Positions 12,250 to 24,150 of a stretch of 37,432 nt of DNA are shown here, one piece after another; the first letter of the stretch is position 1, and each line of letters starts with the position of its first letter. The notes beneath the pieces were generated by a model. That model saw only the letters and a program-made list of their open reading frames with translations, did no database searches and was not told the DNA's origin. The translations under genes were made by a program, and so were the position numbers. Location: positions 1 through 37,432 of the forward strand of contig NIVC01002569.1 in the NCBI GenBank assembly GCA_002269645.1, given 5' to 3'. This DNA is from Macrostomum lignano. Taxonomy: Eukaryota.

Positions 12250-12735
12250 ACAAATATCTAGGTGCAACGCTCACGCATAGCCTTCGTTAGACCAAGCACG
12301 TTGACATTGTCATTGGACGCTCTAAGCGGTGTTTCTTCCAGGCGAAACGGCTATCGGGGCAACCTGGCGGCTCTCTCCCAAGATGCTAAGGTGGATCTAC
12401 ACGGGCATCATCCAACCCAGCATTATCTATGCGCGTCTCATCTGGTCCAACGCGTTGGAGCTGAAGACGGTGAGGGATTGGCTGTACTAACTGCAGGGCA
12501 GTAATTGCCGGGACATAACTGATGCGTACCCCCTCCACCCCCTAAGAGGGCTCAAAAATATCCTCAACATGCTTCCGCAGCACCAAGCTGAGGCGATGAA
12601 AGGCCCGTATTAAGGCCTTGTCCTCTATCAAGCTATCAACCAAATCAGCTTTAAACTGCTTTATAAGCTTGCAAAAGCTAGCGATTCTCAATAGGATCAA
12701 CGTGATCTGGACACCAGGCCACAGCAAAATCCGAA
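12250..12735 (+). mobile_element. Degenerate non-LTR retrotransposon fragment (R1/LOA/I-group-like; RT thumb plus RNase H C-terminus)
   Basis: Across frameshifts and stops it reads [57 protein letters not shown] (LINE RT C-terminal motifs), then KALSSIKLSTKSALNCFISLQKLAILNRINVIWTPGHSKI (RNase H W.PGH motif). A weaker linker-like resemblance extends upstream to ~11750. Confidence 0.7.
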
Positions 12736-12989
12736 GTCATCCGTTAACCTCGTCATTCACAATTGTCTGAGCCACCAACATCAGCTGCACTGGAACAGCT
12801 GCTCCGAATATCAAAAAACATGCATGAGCTGCGGTGCCTGTTATAAACTGGGGAGTATACAAATTCCTGATCTCTTTAAATAAAACTGATATTAGGGAGA
12901 TGTGGATGATCATTGCTGGCCATGGCTTCTTCTACAGTAGACATATTTCACTACAAATTGATTGCTCTGAAATTTGGCCCTATTATAGC

Positions 12990-14182
12990 TTAGAGGTGGA
13001 AACAGCGGCGCACCACGTCACATTCTGCCCGCACTTCATCAAAGCTCGGAGACATCATCTCGGCTTTCCGTTAAGGTTAGAAGAGCTCACCACCCCGAGC
13101 CGGATCCGTGACCTACGCGCATTCGTCCGGGACTCCGGCCGGATGAAGATCGCAGACGCCACTCTCGCGAGCTCTTCTGCTGCTGGCTTGGATAGGCGCA
13201 GCCCCAAGGCTAACGCCTTGTTGTTTTTTGCTTGGGGTTGCAATAGGGGCCACGGTCTAATCGCGGCGTCGTGCTTCTCGTAAGTAGTAAGTAAGTAGTA
13301 GTAGATGTCTAACAACTGAAACCCGATAATCTAATCCGAACGTAAACTGATGTTTACTCACCGGGGCCAACATTGCCAAAGGCGTCTCCGAACGCCTCAA
13401 CCCCGTAGAAGCCGTCAACGCAAAAGTGCAGCCCCAGAAGGGAGGTCAGTCCAAGGCGAGACTTGAGGCCGTGAAAGATGACACCGATTTTTATATTGAC
13501 CCTCATTCGAACCTTAATGCAGTGCGTCCAGATGGGCAGGTACTTCGTTTTATACAGGTCGCTGCGGCGCACTCCTTTCTGGTTGAGCAGGTAGCCAACG
13601 TACATCTCAGCGTTGCGACGCATGACGCGGAAGTTCAGCACAACATAGCGATAGTAAAGCGGCTGGATCGCCTCCCGGCGGGCCCGGCACAGGGTTTTCA
13701 GATATGGATGGCGAAACACGTTAAGGTCCTGCGGGATGCCAGTAAGTGCTGGATGAACTTTCTCAAGTCCCTACCAAGGAGGCTTAGCAGTTCCAAATTC
13801 TATGGCTAAGTCGCCGAGACTTTAACAAAATAACAGTCAACTCTAGTTATTCAAGAGGTGCTATGACTACACATTAGAGGATTTGATGCAAATAAATTCG
13901 AGATAAACAATACAGTATGAATCCCCTCACCCCCGGTTTGTCCGGACAGCCATCCTCGTCCACGGGCACAGTGAGTGGTTTGCTAGTCTCGGCCGTGAGG
14001 TGCTCCAGAGTCTCGCCCAGCTCCGAGAGCTCGTTCCGGCTGCGCCGAATCGGCGAGTCGCCAACTGGGGACATGGAAGGCCGGGAGAGTCTCCGCCGGT
14101 CGATGAAGCCAATGTCGAGCTCGATGACCGTGGAGTTGCCGCGCTGGCTCAGACGAGGTGAGGGTGAGTATTCTTCCACCAT
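12990..14182 (-). CDS. Uncharacterised spliced gene, ~315 aa (family not recognised)
   Basis: Proposed exons are 14182(ATG)-13931, 13770-13362, 13308-13091 and 13058-12990(TAA). All introns are GT-AG, phases 0/1/0 are mutually consistent, and there are no internal stops. The last intron is only 32 nt and so is less certain. Confidence 0.5.
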
Positions 14183-15622
14183 TGCGCCCGAGTCTGCGTG
14201 CCGCTGTGGCTGGAGATGAGAATTTCTGCTGTGACTGGGCCTAATTGTAGCCAGCATTCTCCCAGTGAGCGGGCCAGGGCCTGCCACAGACAAATCCCAA
14301 AGCCCAGCTGCTAAGTGCAGCGGGTGTTTGTGCACTTTTGCTTGCCTGCTTTAATTTAGCTTTTATTTCCCTCTAAGTATATGATAATAGCCATTTAATA
14401 GACAGCTTAATTTAATGGCTATTGTTTTATATAAAATCAAATTGCTTATTTTGGCGTATTCCATCTGGTCGACCGTGGTTGCGGGCGGGGGTGCGGGGGG
14501 GCAGAGCCCCCCCCCCACAATCAAACTATAGACAAACTTCTATGTAGAAATATCTCAAAACAGCTTATACAGTTTTAAATCTTTCTCGCGGGCCATGACA
14601 ATTTTTTAGTAAGAATTTTCTTAAGACAGTCAGCAAGTGAAAGAATGTCTAAAACGGAGAGAAGCAAATGCAACAAAATTGTCTAACTGCTTTACCGAGG
14701 ATTTGTGCTGTTCAATTTGCTATGGCTGGCGCTGAGGAAGACTTCGACTTCTCTGATTCTTCAACTCATTCGAGAATCCACCTGCTGCTATATCGGTGCG
14801 TCTATCATTACCTTCGACAAGCCGTGTGGGTGAGTTGCTTGATTCGACCGACTTGGAGCGCAGGATGTCTGATCGAGAATCATCGGTCCCTTTGCCAAGG
14901 TGGCTAGGATATTGTGTCCAGTGCTTTGCAAGGCATCTCTGTTCCAGAAGTAAACCCGAGCAGCGGTCCCACCAGTGAGTTTGTCGCTTCTGATGAGTCT
15001 TGTGAGTCCTCTACTATATAATGCTCACGGAGTGAAGTCTACGAGCGTATCGTCATTTTGAGGGTCCTAAAATTGAAATCCTGTTGAGTGCGTGCAGACT
15101 TTTTTGAAGCTAGCATGAAAAACTATTGAGAAGAAGCATGAGTTATGCGTTATTCGTTTTCTGTTTTTGTCGTTTTCTATTTGCGGCATCAAATACACAT
15201 GAATTGCTTATTCATGTGATTCTTCGCAGATTCCTTGCTGCGAAGACGCCCATTAAACGTCAATTAAATAAGCAATCGGATTATTAGAGAATACCGAGCG
15301 CTCTTATCTCCATTCACTGCGCACTACCACTGAAGTCTGAGTCTGAAGGTAAAAAGCTATGCCAGTAAACAGCGATGTGGTTTCTAATAAACACATATTT
15401 TACCAAGGCAGTTGATACCAAAATTGTACACTCTGGAAAGAAGTGGATGTAGAGATATTCTAGAGCAAAGCAAAGTTTCGTGAGGAGGCTCTGTTTAGGC
15501 TGAGCTCATATAATGAAATACTTTCGACTGGAACAGAAGCTTTGGTGGAGTGGAGCAGCTAAGAGTTTACACCTAAAGACTGCAGTGCCCTCTAAGTACT
15601 CAAACTCTCCGTTCACCTGGCC

Positions 15623-16406
15623 ATGGGTTGCTCGCCCAGCAGCTTCTCTGGCGCCAAGAAGGGTTCGTGATTTCCATCTGGCTGTGGCAACTTTGCTGGA
15701 GCTTATTGCTCCGTGAGCACTTTTCCTCACTTGCCCATTGCTTTTCTCTTTCAGGCCGCTCTAGGAAAAGGATGAAGAAGAAAAGAGGTGCGCCCAGCGG
15801 AATACATATTTTTGCCTTTTCACTTCTAAGATGCCAAAAGATTATCCTATTGAATCCGCTATTTTCCAGATCGCAGACCCAAGCCTCGAGTCAGAGGCCA
15901 CGGCGGAGGTGAGTTGTGCTCAGATTCTTGGTTTTCAAACATTCAGAACATGAAAATGGCAGATACTAAATTTTGATTTGAAAACTTTCAGACAGTGATG
16001 GAGTGCCAGTGAGAATTCCAGCTGCTTTGAGCATGTTTCGCTTCTCTATTCCACTGTCTATTGATCTTTCAATGCCATTCAATAATAATGATAAGCTCTC
16101 GGTTTTCTTTCCCTCCGACCCATTTTTAGGAGATTGATGACGGCGGCAGCTGCGGCTTTGTGAGCTGGGGCCGCCACTTGAGACTCTAATTTTTTGCACT
16201 GTCTATGTAGCAATGCCTCATTAGGCTACTATAAACTAATCATCGCTGACAAATGCACTCTGCCTCTATTTCAGAGTGATGGTGGAGGCGGCGGTGGCTG
16301 GGACGATAGCGGAGGCGGAGGCGGCTGGGACGGTGGTGGGGGCGGAGGCGGCTGGGACGGTGGTGGGGGCGGAGGCGGCTGGGACGGTGGTGGCGGTTTC
16401 GACTGA
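15623..16406 (+). CDS. Candidate small 3-exon gene with Gly-rich (WDGGGGGGG)n C-terminus; in-frame TGA in exon 1
   Basis: Proposed exons are 15623-15712, 15765-15908 and 16275-16406, all phase 0, with gtgag donors and ttcag/ctag acceptors. The last exon SDGGGGGGWDDSGGGGGWDGGGGGGGWD..FD* is the best-supported part. An alternative stop-free frame exists using the acceptor at 15754. Confidence 0.4.
16285..16400. repeat. 27-bp Gly-codon tandem repeat (~4 copies)
   Basis: GGCGGAGGCGGCTGGGACGGTGGTGGG repeats with period 27. Confidence 0.85.
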
Positions 16407-18298
16407 AGCGATTGACGCGTCGCGGACTGGGGCATGTGGGAAGTCAATACAAAACTTTGCGGCTAAAAATTCCACTTAGGGCTGGTACAATAATTCAGCT
16501 ACAGAATACGTCATTTGACACGATTTCTGTGCACGTTGGTTTTGTTATTTTGTTGTTTCGACTTTCCTTGATTTTACTTTTATTCTAAAACTATCTAGAA
16601 GTAATTGATGTCACAGTAATTGGTTTATCACGATAAAAAACAACTTTCCAAGAAATTCTCTTAAATCGAGATTTTTGAACAAACTCAGGCCTCTCACGCT
16701 GCACTAGCAAGCGAATGATTTTTTTAGCAAGCACGAAAAGGGAGTGCATTTGCTCTGTTAAGATTGAGAATGGGGTCTCACAGAGTTGTTAACAATAGAG
16801 TAGTGAGCAAGGGTTTGAGATAGACGCACCCTGTAACAGGAGCGGAGCAGGACTGCAAAAATGTTTAGAAAGAAAAACTCGCAAAAAATGCTTCTGACCT
16901 CAAAGTACGTCGGTCACTTGGCTGAGCTCGGAATGTAAAAGCATCAATTAAGTTATGAAGAACATTGTAAGAAAAAATTACTTACTGTATTTGCAAGTAT
17001 TTGAGCACAAATGTCTCATCGGCTGCTAGGTTACTACTATAAGTATTATATAGCAAGACACGGCCTCCAGACGAGAAACCGATGTCAGATTTAAGCGCCG
17101 GACTGATTTTTTAAAATTTTTGAGTCTTCTCCAGCCTACGTCCGCTAAGCCTGGAATAGGCCTGTTTCAAAGGGTAAAGAAAGTCTATTCTCAGTACAAA
17201 AAATAAAATCAAAATCTTGTTTTGCAGAACATGGTTGATACAGCATCCCTCGTGTGCAATTCCATGCGAGTTCGCAATCAGCTACAAGAGAACCGAAATC
17301 GATTCAATATGAGGATAGACTCTGAGTATAAATTTCATCTTGGCTTGCGTGCTTATCAGCTAACCAAAGTGTTTTGAAAAATGCAGCCGAAAGTTGCGAT
17401 TTAAGACACTTCTGAATGGAATCTGCCGAAGCTGTGAGGGTTAAGAGCTGCTTGAATGAGCTGCTTGAATTGATGAGCGGCTGCATGGAACAAGCGGAAA
17501 GCGGCATCACGTGACTGAGCAGCAAAACAACTGAGCCATGGCTATAAATAGATTCACCCAGTTGCAGTTGAGAAGGAGAGCAATAAACAGACGTCCAAAA
17601 AGAGAAACAATAGCCAGTGTTCGCTCCAAGGGATTTCACCCGAGAGATTTGGCCAACGATTTAGTCAAAATCTTTCACAGGGAGACCTGACCAGCGAAGC
17701 TACTGCACTGCAAACTGCCGACGCATTCTTGACAGTGAGCTGTGAGCACAAAAGTGTTTGTCTTGCATTCTCGGTGTTTTTCAAACGCTTCGGAGCGGCT
17801 CCATGGGCCTCGGTCAGCTGCAACCGATCACCGTGCAGCAACCGCCACATGCATTTAGCTTGCGATCGCTGCCTCAGTTCGCAAAGTGGATGTTGCATCA
17901 GTTCAGAGGGGTTCATGTGCATTAGCACTAGAATGCATTGTCTATACGAGGTACACTCGTAGTGCACCGCAGTCCTCACCCCTGACCAGCTAACTCCGAT
18001 TCCGCCAGCTAGAGCTGGTAACTGTACTAACTGGGGTGTTTGCCGCCCTCTCTCACCCCGCTTAGTCCACAGCCTGCCTCTCAGCCCAGCCCATTGGCCC
18101 AGTTGGCAAAGCCAGTGGAGGAGAGGGACAGAGTGGGATAAAACAGGTAGAAAAGAAAATTAAGAATGAGGAGAGCCGGAATCAGCCCATAGCCCCGTCA
18201 GCGCCAGGCACTTAGCAGCCCCTGCCTGGCCCCTTTCAGGCACAAAGAGGCGGCTGGTAGCAAAGCTCAGACCAGCCTCCTGAGGGCGTCATCACGGC

Positions 18299-21200
18299 AT
18301 GGCTCACGCCAAGGTTGCGCCACAATCGCTGACTGATGATGAGGCGGAGATTCTGAGAAGTACGCGACCCGAGGATCAGGATCGAGTAAGGATTTCAGCT
18401 GATTGTAAATTTCCCACACGGATCTCTCTGGCTCCTTTCATTTAGGTTGGCGCACTTTGAGCTGTTGGGCACGAATAAAAAACTTGTTTCCATAGCAACC
18501 CTGTGCTTTAGAGGCAAAGGAAAGAGCTTTTTCTGCTGTTTTGGTAAGCCGGAGGGACTTCGTGTTAACCACCTTTTAACCACCCCGAAAGTAGAAATAC
18601 AAAAGACAAAAGCAAACCTGACAACAAAAGGCAGCAAAAGTAGGAAGTGGCTGGGAAATCCTGGCGAGGCGGATCAAAGCGGCTCTTTTCCACATCATTA
18701 TTGCCGTTTGCCTCGGATTTCAACTGGGCTCTGATGTGAGATGCTGGAGCCAACCAATAAAAGTACATTTTTAATGCCTGCGTGCCCTTGAGCCATGAGC
18801 CTAGCATGCTGCAGCAGCTGCAGGATTCCGTGAGAAAGCCCCAGGTAGAGAGGCCACTAGAGCAGCGGGAAAGCAACTGCTGCAAGAAGAGATAAAAATG
18901 AGTTCTCTGTGGCAGCGGTACCCAACTTAAGCGAAGAGATGCTGAGTAGTACTGGCACAAGAGTGGAGAAGACATGCGATTGCCTGTCATGAGTACAGTC
19001 CCAGAAATAATGCTCTCTTCTTTCTGGCATTCAGACCATTCACCCAAGCAACCCCGACCTCTCGACAGCCTGTGAAAACAAAATTTCTGCCCTCATTCTC
19101 TGCATTTCTGCAGTGGGGTGTTCCCGGTTTGGGGTAAATCGCGTGAATGTGACATTCCCAAAGTCCACAAGCTTATTTGAACCCAAGGAGCTGTATCTTT
19201 ACTCAAGTCTATGCCGTGTCAAATCGATATCCAGCCGAGTTTACGGGAGGTACTGGAGAAATCAAGTCAATAAAATGAAATTATAAAACGTCGAAATGCA
19301 AATATTCAGTAGATGAGGAAACAGCACATTATGTTCTGTCAGAGTTAGTGAGTAAACTTGACAGGCTGAAATATAAAATAGACTGTTAGCACCTCTACGA
19401 ACGTGCTCCCCCATGCTTGCAGAGACACGAGATCTTCTCCAGCAGGCTAGCCGGCAGCCCGCACCAGAACGTGCTGGACCTCTTCCTGACCGGGGAGCGA
19501 GTGTCCTGCACCCAGCCTTGCTTGGGACGGCGAGACGGCGAGCGCTCGCCCTACACCTGGCTGTCCTATAGAGAGGTAGGCGCTTAGAAGGGGCCTGATT
19601 GGAACATTAGCTTGATTGATATTTGGATTCCAATCGATTTAAGCGAATGGACTTTTGCCAGCCATCAAGAAAATTGATACGCTGTTTCCCGCTAATGAGG
19701 GGCTTGTCGGGATTTGCAGTCAGCGAGGCGGAAAGCTGTAGTGCTGCTTCAAGCACTGACAGTAGATCAGATTTATACAATAGTTGAATCTTGAGGATAG
19801 ATATAGCTAAAACTATAGACAAAGTCTAGCTGGAACTGTGAGCACAGTGAGTTTTGTGGCCTCTAGCAAAGGAAGTTTTGTCAGTCCCCAGCAACTGGAC
19901 TTGTTCAGAAACCTATGCGGGTTTTGAGGTAAGAGAGGCCAACACAGCCGTTTACCCACCGGTTACAGGTGCTGCAGCAGGCCCGCTGCGTGAGCCACTT
20001 CCTCACCGGGCAGCTGCATCTTCGACGCGGCGCTTTCGTGGCAATCTGGTCGAAGAACCGGACCGAGTGGGTGACGCTGGAGCTCGGCTGCTTCATGACG
20101 GGCCTCGTGCCGGTGCCACTGTATGACACGCTCGGCGACGAGGCCTGCGACTACGTGCTGAAGCAGACTGGCGCGGCCGTCATGCTGTGCGAGGGCCGGG
20201 CTCAAGCAGCCGGACTGACTCGGCTCAAGTCGGGCGCTCAGATCCAGCACCTGATTCAGCTGGACTTCGCCGAGGTGGCCAACAGTGAAGTCGCGGAAGG
20301 CCCCAAGGTCTGGAGCTGGTCGGACGTGCTGAGCACCGGCCGAGAGCTGGAAGAGCGGCTGGCACAGGCTGGAAAGCAGCAGGAGCAGCCGGTGGGCAGG
20401 GCCGACCTGGCTGTTCTCTGCTACACCAGCGGAACTACAGGTGGGCGGAAAAAGCGATCAAAGTATGATTAACTGACCGTACTTAATTGCAAAGGAAGCT
20501 GTCTATTGGCTTTTCTGCTGCTCCCAGAGGATAGTTTCAAATTCAAGTCCCACGAATACTGCGGTTATTCCTTGCATTCTGTTCTCTGCAGCCATTGCAA
20601 GACTTCATTCATAAGCCCTTGAGGCATCTCGCGCATGCACATCATCACCTAACAATGTAACATCAGTGTCTTCAGTAGATAGTGCAGCGCAAGAATATCA
20701 GAGGGCAAAAAAATCATTTTTTGAGTCATTCCTTATTCCCCTCGCAGCGAGGATTGAAATTAACTTCAGACGAACTTAATTATCATACTAACATCACCCC
20801 TCAGGCCCACCGAAGGGAGTGCAAATCACACACGGAAATCTGGTGGCAGAGGTTCTCGGGATGCACGAGTTCTTGGTGGCTCATGGAGGCCAGGTGAGCA
20901 TGAGCATGAGTGCTATGAGTGCTAGTACGAGTACGAGTTATCAGTATCAGTATCTGTATCCCGGAGCAATTGCAGTATCAGTGGGTAGAGAAAGAATTTC
21001 CGTCCCCAGACCAACCTGCTTGCAGCTTAGCTTGTTGCGGGAGGGAATCCGATGCCCATTCGCTAATTGTACCAAGCTTAAAATCTGATCTTAATTCCAT
21101 TATCTACTGGAATTCAAAGCGGTCCAGCGTAAATTGCCTGAGACTTCAAAGCAAAATAGCGCAAAAACTGCCTTTGCCAGCACGCACCTGTGCCTCACCA

Positions 21201-22859
21201 CGACGACGTGTACCTGAGCTACCTGCCGCTGGCGCACATCTTCGAGCGCATTATGCAGCTGTTCTGCTTCATGCAGGGCATGCGGATCGGCTTCTTCCGC
21301 GGCGACATCGCTGGCCTCACAGCCGACATGCGGGAGCTGCAGCCCACCGTCTTCTGCACCGTGCCGCGACTGCTCAACCGAATCTACGACCTGGCGCACG
21401 CCAACGTGGCCGGCAGCTGCCTGAAGTCGCTCATCTTCAACCTGGCGCTGCGCAAGAAGACAGAGGAGGTTGACCGCGGCGTTATCCGCAACAACTCGAT
21501 GTGGGACTCGCTGGTCTTTTCCAAGGTGCGCGAGCCCACCGGGGGCCGCATCCGCCTCGTCATTGTGGGTTCCGCGCCGCTCGCCGAGTCCGTCATGCGG
21601 TTCGCACGAGCTGCCTTCGGCTGCCCCGTCATGGAGGGCTACGGCCAGTCTGAGGCCACCGGCGGCTCCACCTGCACTCCGCCGACCTGCGTCTCGACCG
21701 GCCACGTGGGCGTGCCTCTGTTTCAGAATGCCGTCATGCTGCAGGTATCCGGGTTCTGGGTGGGGCTGCTGGTAGTGGACTGGAGGCATGCACATTTATT
21801 TTTCCCAACAGTTTACTTCGGCGATTGTGTATTCAGTCGCTCAACACTCTACATGTACAAGATTCATCGTTTTTTCATCGTTTAGCGCACCCCTTCCTGC
21901 CGCGCAGGACGTCCCTGAGATGGACTATTTCTCTCGGGACGGCCGTGGTGAGGTCTGCGTCCGGGGGCCAAACGTTACCAGCGGTTACTTCGCCCAGCCG
22001 GACAAGACGGCTGAGGCCATCGACAGCGCTGGCTGGCTGCACACGGGCGACATCGGCGAGTGGCTGCCCGGCGGGCTGCTGAGAATTATCGACCGCAAGA
22101 AGCACCTTTTCAAACTGGCGCAAGGCGAGTACCTGGCGCCCGAGAAGATCGAGCAGGTGTACGCTACCTGTCCTACCATCCAGCAGGTGTACGTTGACGG
22201 TGACAGTCTGGAGAGCTGCGCGCTGGCAGTGGTAGTGCCCAGTGCCGAAGCGGCACAGGCCTGGGCGCATCGCCATCGCGAGGACTCGGCGGGCTCGCCT
22301 GAAGTTGCTATGACAGCCGCCTGCGGCAGCGAGGAATTCAAGCAGGCAGTGATGCAGGAGATGCTGGCGGCGGGGAAGGCGGCTGGTCTAAAGTCGTTCG
22401 AACAGGTGTGAAACTGTTGCCACTTTTTCGTCTTTTTCAATTAAAGCCTTCAAAATACCGCTGTTATCACAGAAATCTGCGGCTGTTAGAGCCTCTGCAA
22501 TTTTAGCCACTTGATTAGGCCTCTCGATAGCGGACCCGCTCTGAACCCTAATCCAGGCAGGATCGGCTTGTTGTGAATTATGATAGGCTTTGCAGTGAAT
22601 TAATTTTGAACCAAGGTGCTATCATGTGAATGCTTACTCGTATCAGCTGCCTTGACTCAAGCTGCCAAGTTCTTCTAAAAACATTGAAACCTTAAAATCC
22701 GTTCCAAAACAGGCGAAAGACATTGTTCTGCACCCGGAAGCCTTCAGCATAGAAAACGGCTTGTTGACGCCCACCTTCAAAGCCCGGCGGCCTGAGCTGA
22801 GGAAGCGCTTTGGCGATGAATTCAAGCGGATGTACCAGAAGATGAAAACTGGAGGCTGA
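18299..22859 (+). CDS. ACSL: Long-chain fatty acyl-CoA synthetase (ACSL1/5/6-like), 7 coding exons, ~670 aa
   Basis: Exons are 18299-18385 (tentative first exon), 19423-19575, 19969-20440, 20805-20893, 21181-21744, 21908-22405 and 22713-22859, all GT-AG and phase-consistent with no frameshifts. Motifs: PCLG..YTWLSYRE, YTSGTTGPPKG (AMP-binding), YLSYLPLAHIFER, EGYGQSE, GWLHTGDIG, IIDRKKHLFKLAQGEYLAPEKIE, LLTPTFK. Confidence 0.93.
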
Positions 22860-23663
22860 AATCTGAAGACTAAAGAGCTCATGCCAGACATGCAACTTGG
22901 CAACTTGATTGATTTCGTTTTAGCGTCCAGCTGCACGCTTTAGCGGTAAAACGCACGCAGGATGCAGATGGGCACAGAGACTTAGATATGCAAAATACAG
23001 TATTCAGCACCACAGATGCTTGTCAGCGGCTGAAAGGAAAAAAATAATCAGACAAATGTGTTAACTTATAAGTTCTTTTTTTTCTTGCTTCCAGCTGGTT
23101 AATAGAATTTCAAAATCTCAGGGTCACCGGCATCCTCTAGAAGGCAGTTAGTGGGGAGCCAAGATGCCGGCAACTCCCCTACTCAGACTCAGACAGTCAC
23201 TGTTCTGTCTGTCAGTTTGTACAGTGTTGAAGGATCTTTTAGCTGAATTGGGCACATTTAGGCTTCCTGGGCGCCTCGTTACCCAAGACTCATAGTGATC
23301 CTGCAGCCATTGAAACAGTCGACTTGATAGAAACCTCTTTAACTATTTAAATGCTGACAAACTTTACTGTCAGATAAAAAGTGAATTCACACGGATTGCC
23401 CCTGTTTGTGAGGTAAATGGGACGAACCGCACTGCTTTCACTAAGACGCAAGCTCCCCAAAAGATCTTCTTTGAGACGTCAGCACTAAAGCAGCGAGCCG
23501 TCAGTACGCAGTGAATTCCATGACTTCCCTGGTTGACGCCAACGTCCAGGATGTGGCTATCCCCGTTTGGTACAATGCCCTCCTGAATACAGCCCATTTT
23601 AATGTCATTGGCATCACAGTCAGTGATAAGTTGCCATCCCGTGGTTGAAAATGCAGCAATTGC

Positions 23664-23787
23664 TGCCTCCATTTCTCTTAGGCTCTTTTGTGAGCCTGGA
23701 GTGAAATGGGTGTTAGCCATCCACCCCTCGCGCTGTACATTGTGCCGCCTTTGTGCGCCGTCCTCTCTACCCCCCGTGGGGTGGGGG
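23664..23787 (+). repeat. Split direct repeat A1
   Basis: 124 bp identical to 26996-27119 except one C/T mismatch (cgtcctct vs cgtcttct). Confidence 0.95.
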
Positions 23788-24128
23788 AGATCGGCGAGCT
23801 CTTAGACGCTAACTACAGTCCAAGTGTCGTGTGGGAATTCGATGAGGATTACAGAAAGTTGATCGCAGACTCGGATTCGCATCGATGGGGCTGCGAGCCT
23901 CCACAGCTGTACCACCGACACCTTAACGCACCAAGAAACTTAAAAGTCACCCTGAGCAGACCAGCATCCAACCAGTCGCAAGCTCCCATCTGCCTAAGCT
24001 ACAACTCCCCTGCCGGCTGCCAGCGGTCCTCCTGTAGGTACCGTCACGTCTGCAAGCTGCGCGACTGCGGCCGGCCGGCGTCGGCGGCGACGCTGTGGAG
24101 GGAGCAAAAAACTAGATCTTTTTTATAG
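23706..24128 (+). CDS. Truncated gag-like ORF1 with CCCH zinc finger
   Basis: WEFDEDYRKLIA..HRW resembles the YD..FR...A....W motif of DIRS/Ngaro gag. ICLSYNSPAGCQRSSCRYRHVCKLRDC is a gag CCCH/C-rich finger. The ORF is only 140 aa and its ATG lies inside repeat A1. Confidence 0.7.
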   Translation: MGVSHPPLALYIVPPLCAVLSTPRGVGEIGELLDANYSPSVVWEFDEDYRKLIADSDSHRWGCEPPQLYHRHLNAPRNLKVTLSRPASNQSQAPICLSYNSPAGCQRSSCRYRHVCKLRDCGRPASAATLWREQKTRSFL

Positions 24129-24150
24129 CCGCCCTGCTTTTAACCCCCGT

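Noticed and set aside
16700-16780. Possible SECIS (ATGA..AA..GA with small stems) downstream of the TGA-containing candidate gene
   Set aside because: Helix II next to the putative non-Watson-Crick quartet pairs poorly, so it is not convincing without a covariance-model search.
16815-16836. CACCCTGTA, resembling a Tc1/mariner terminal inverted repeat end
   Set aside because: No matching opposite TIR or transposase was found nearby.
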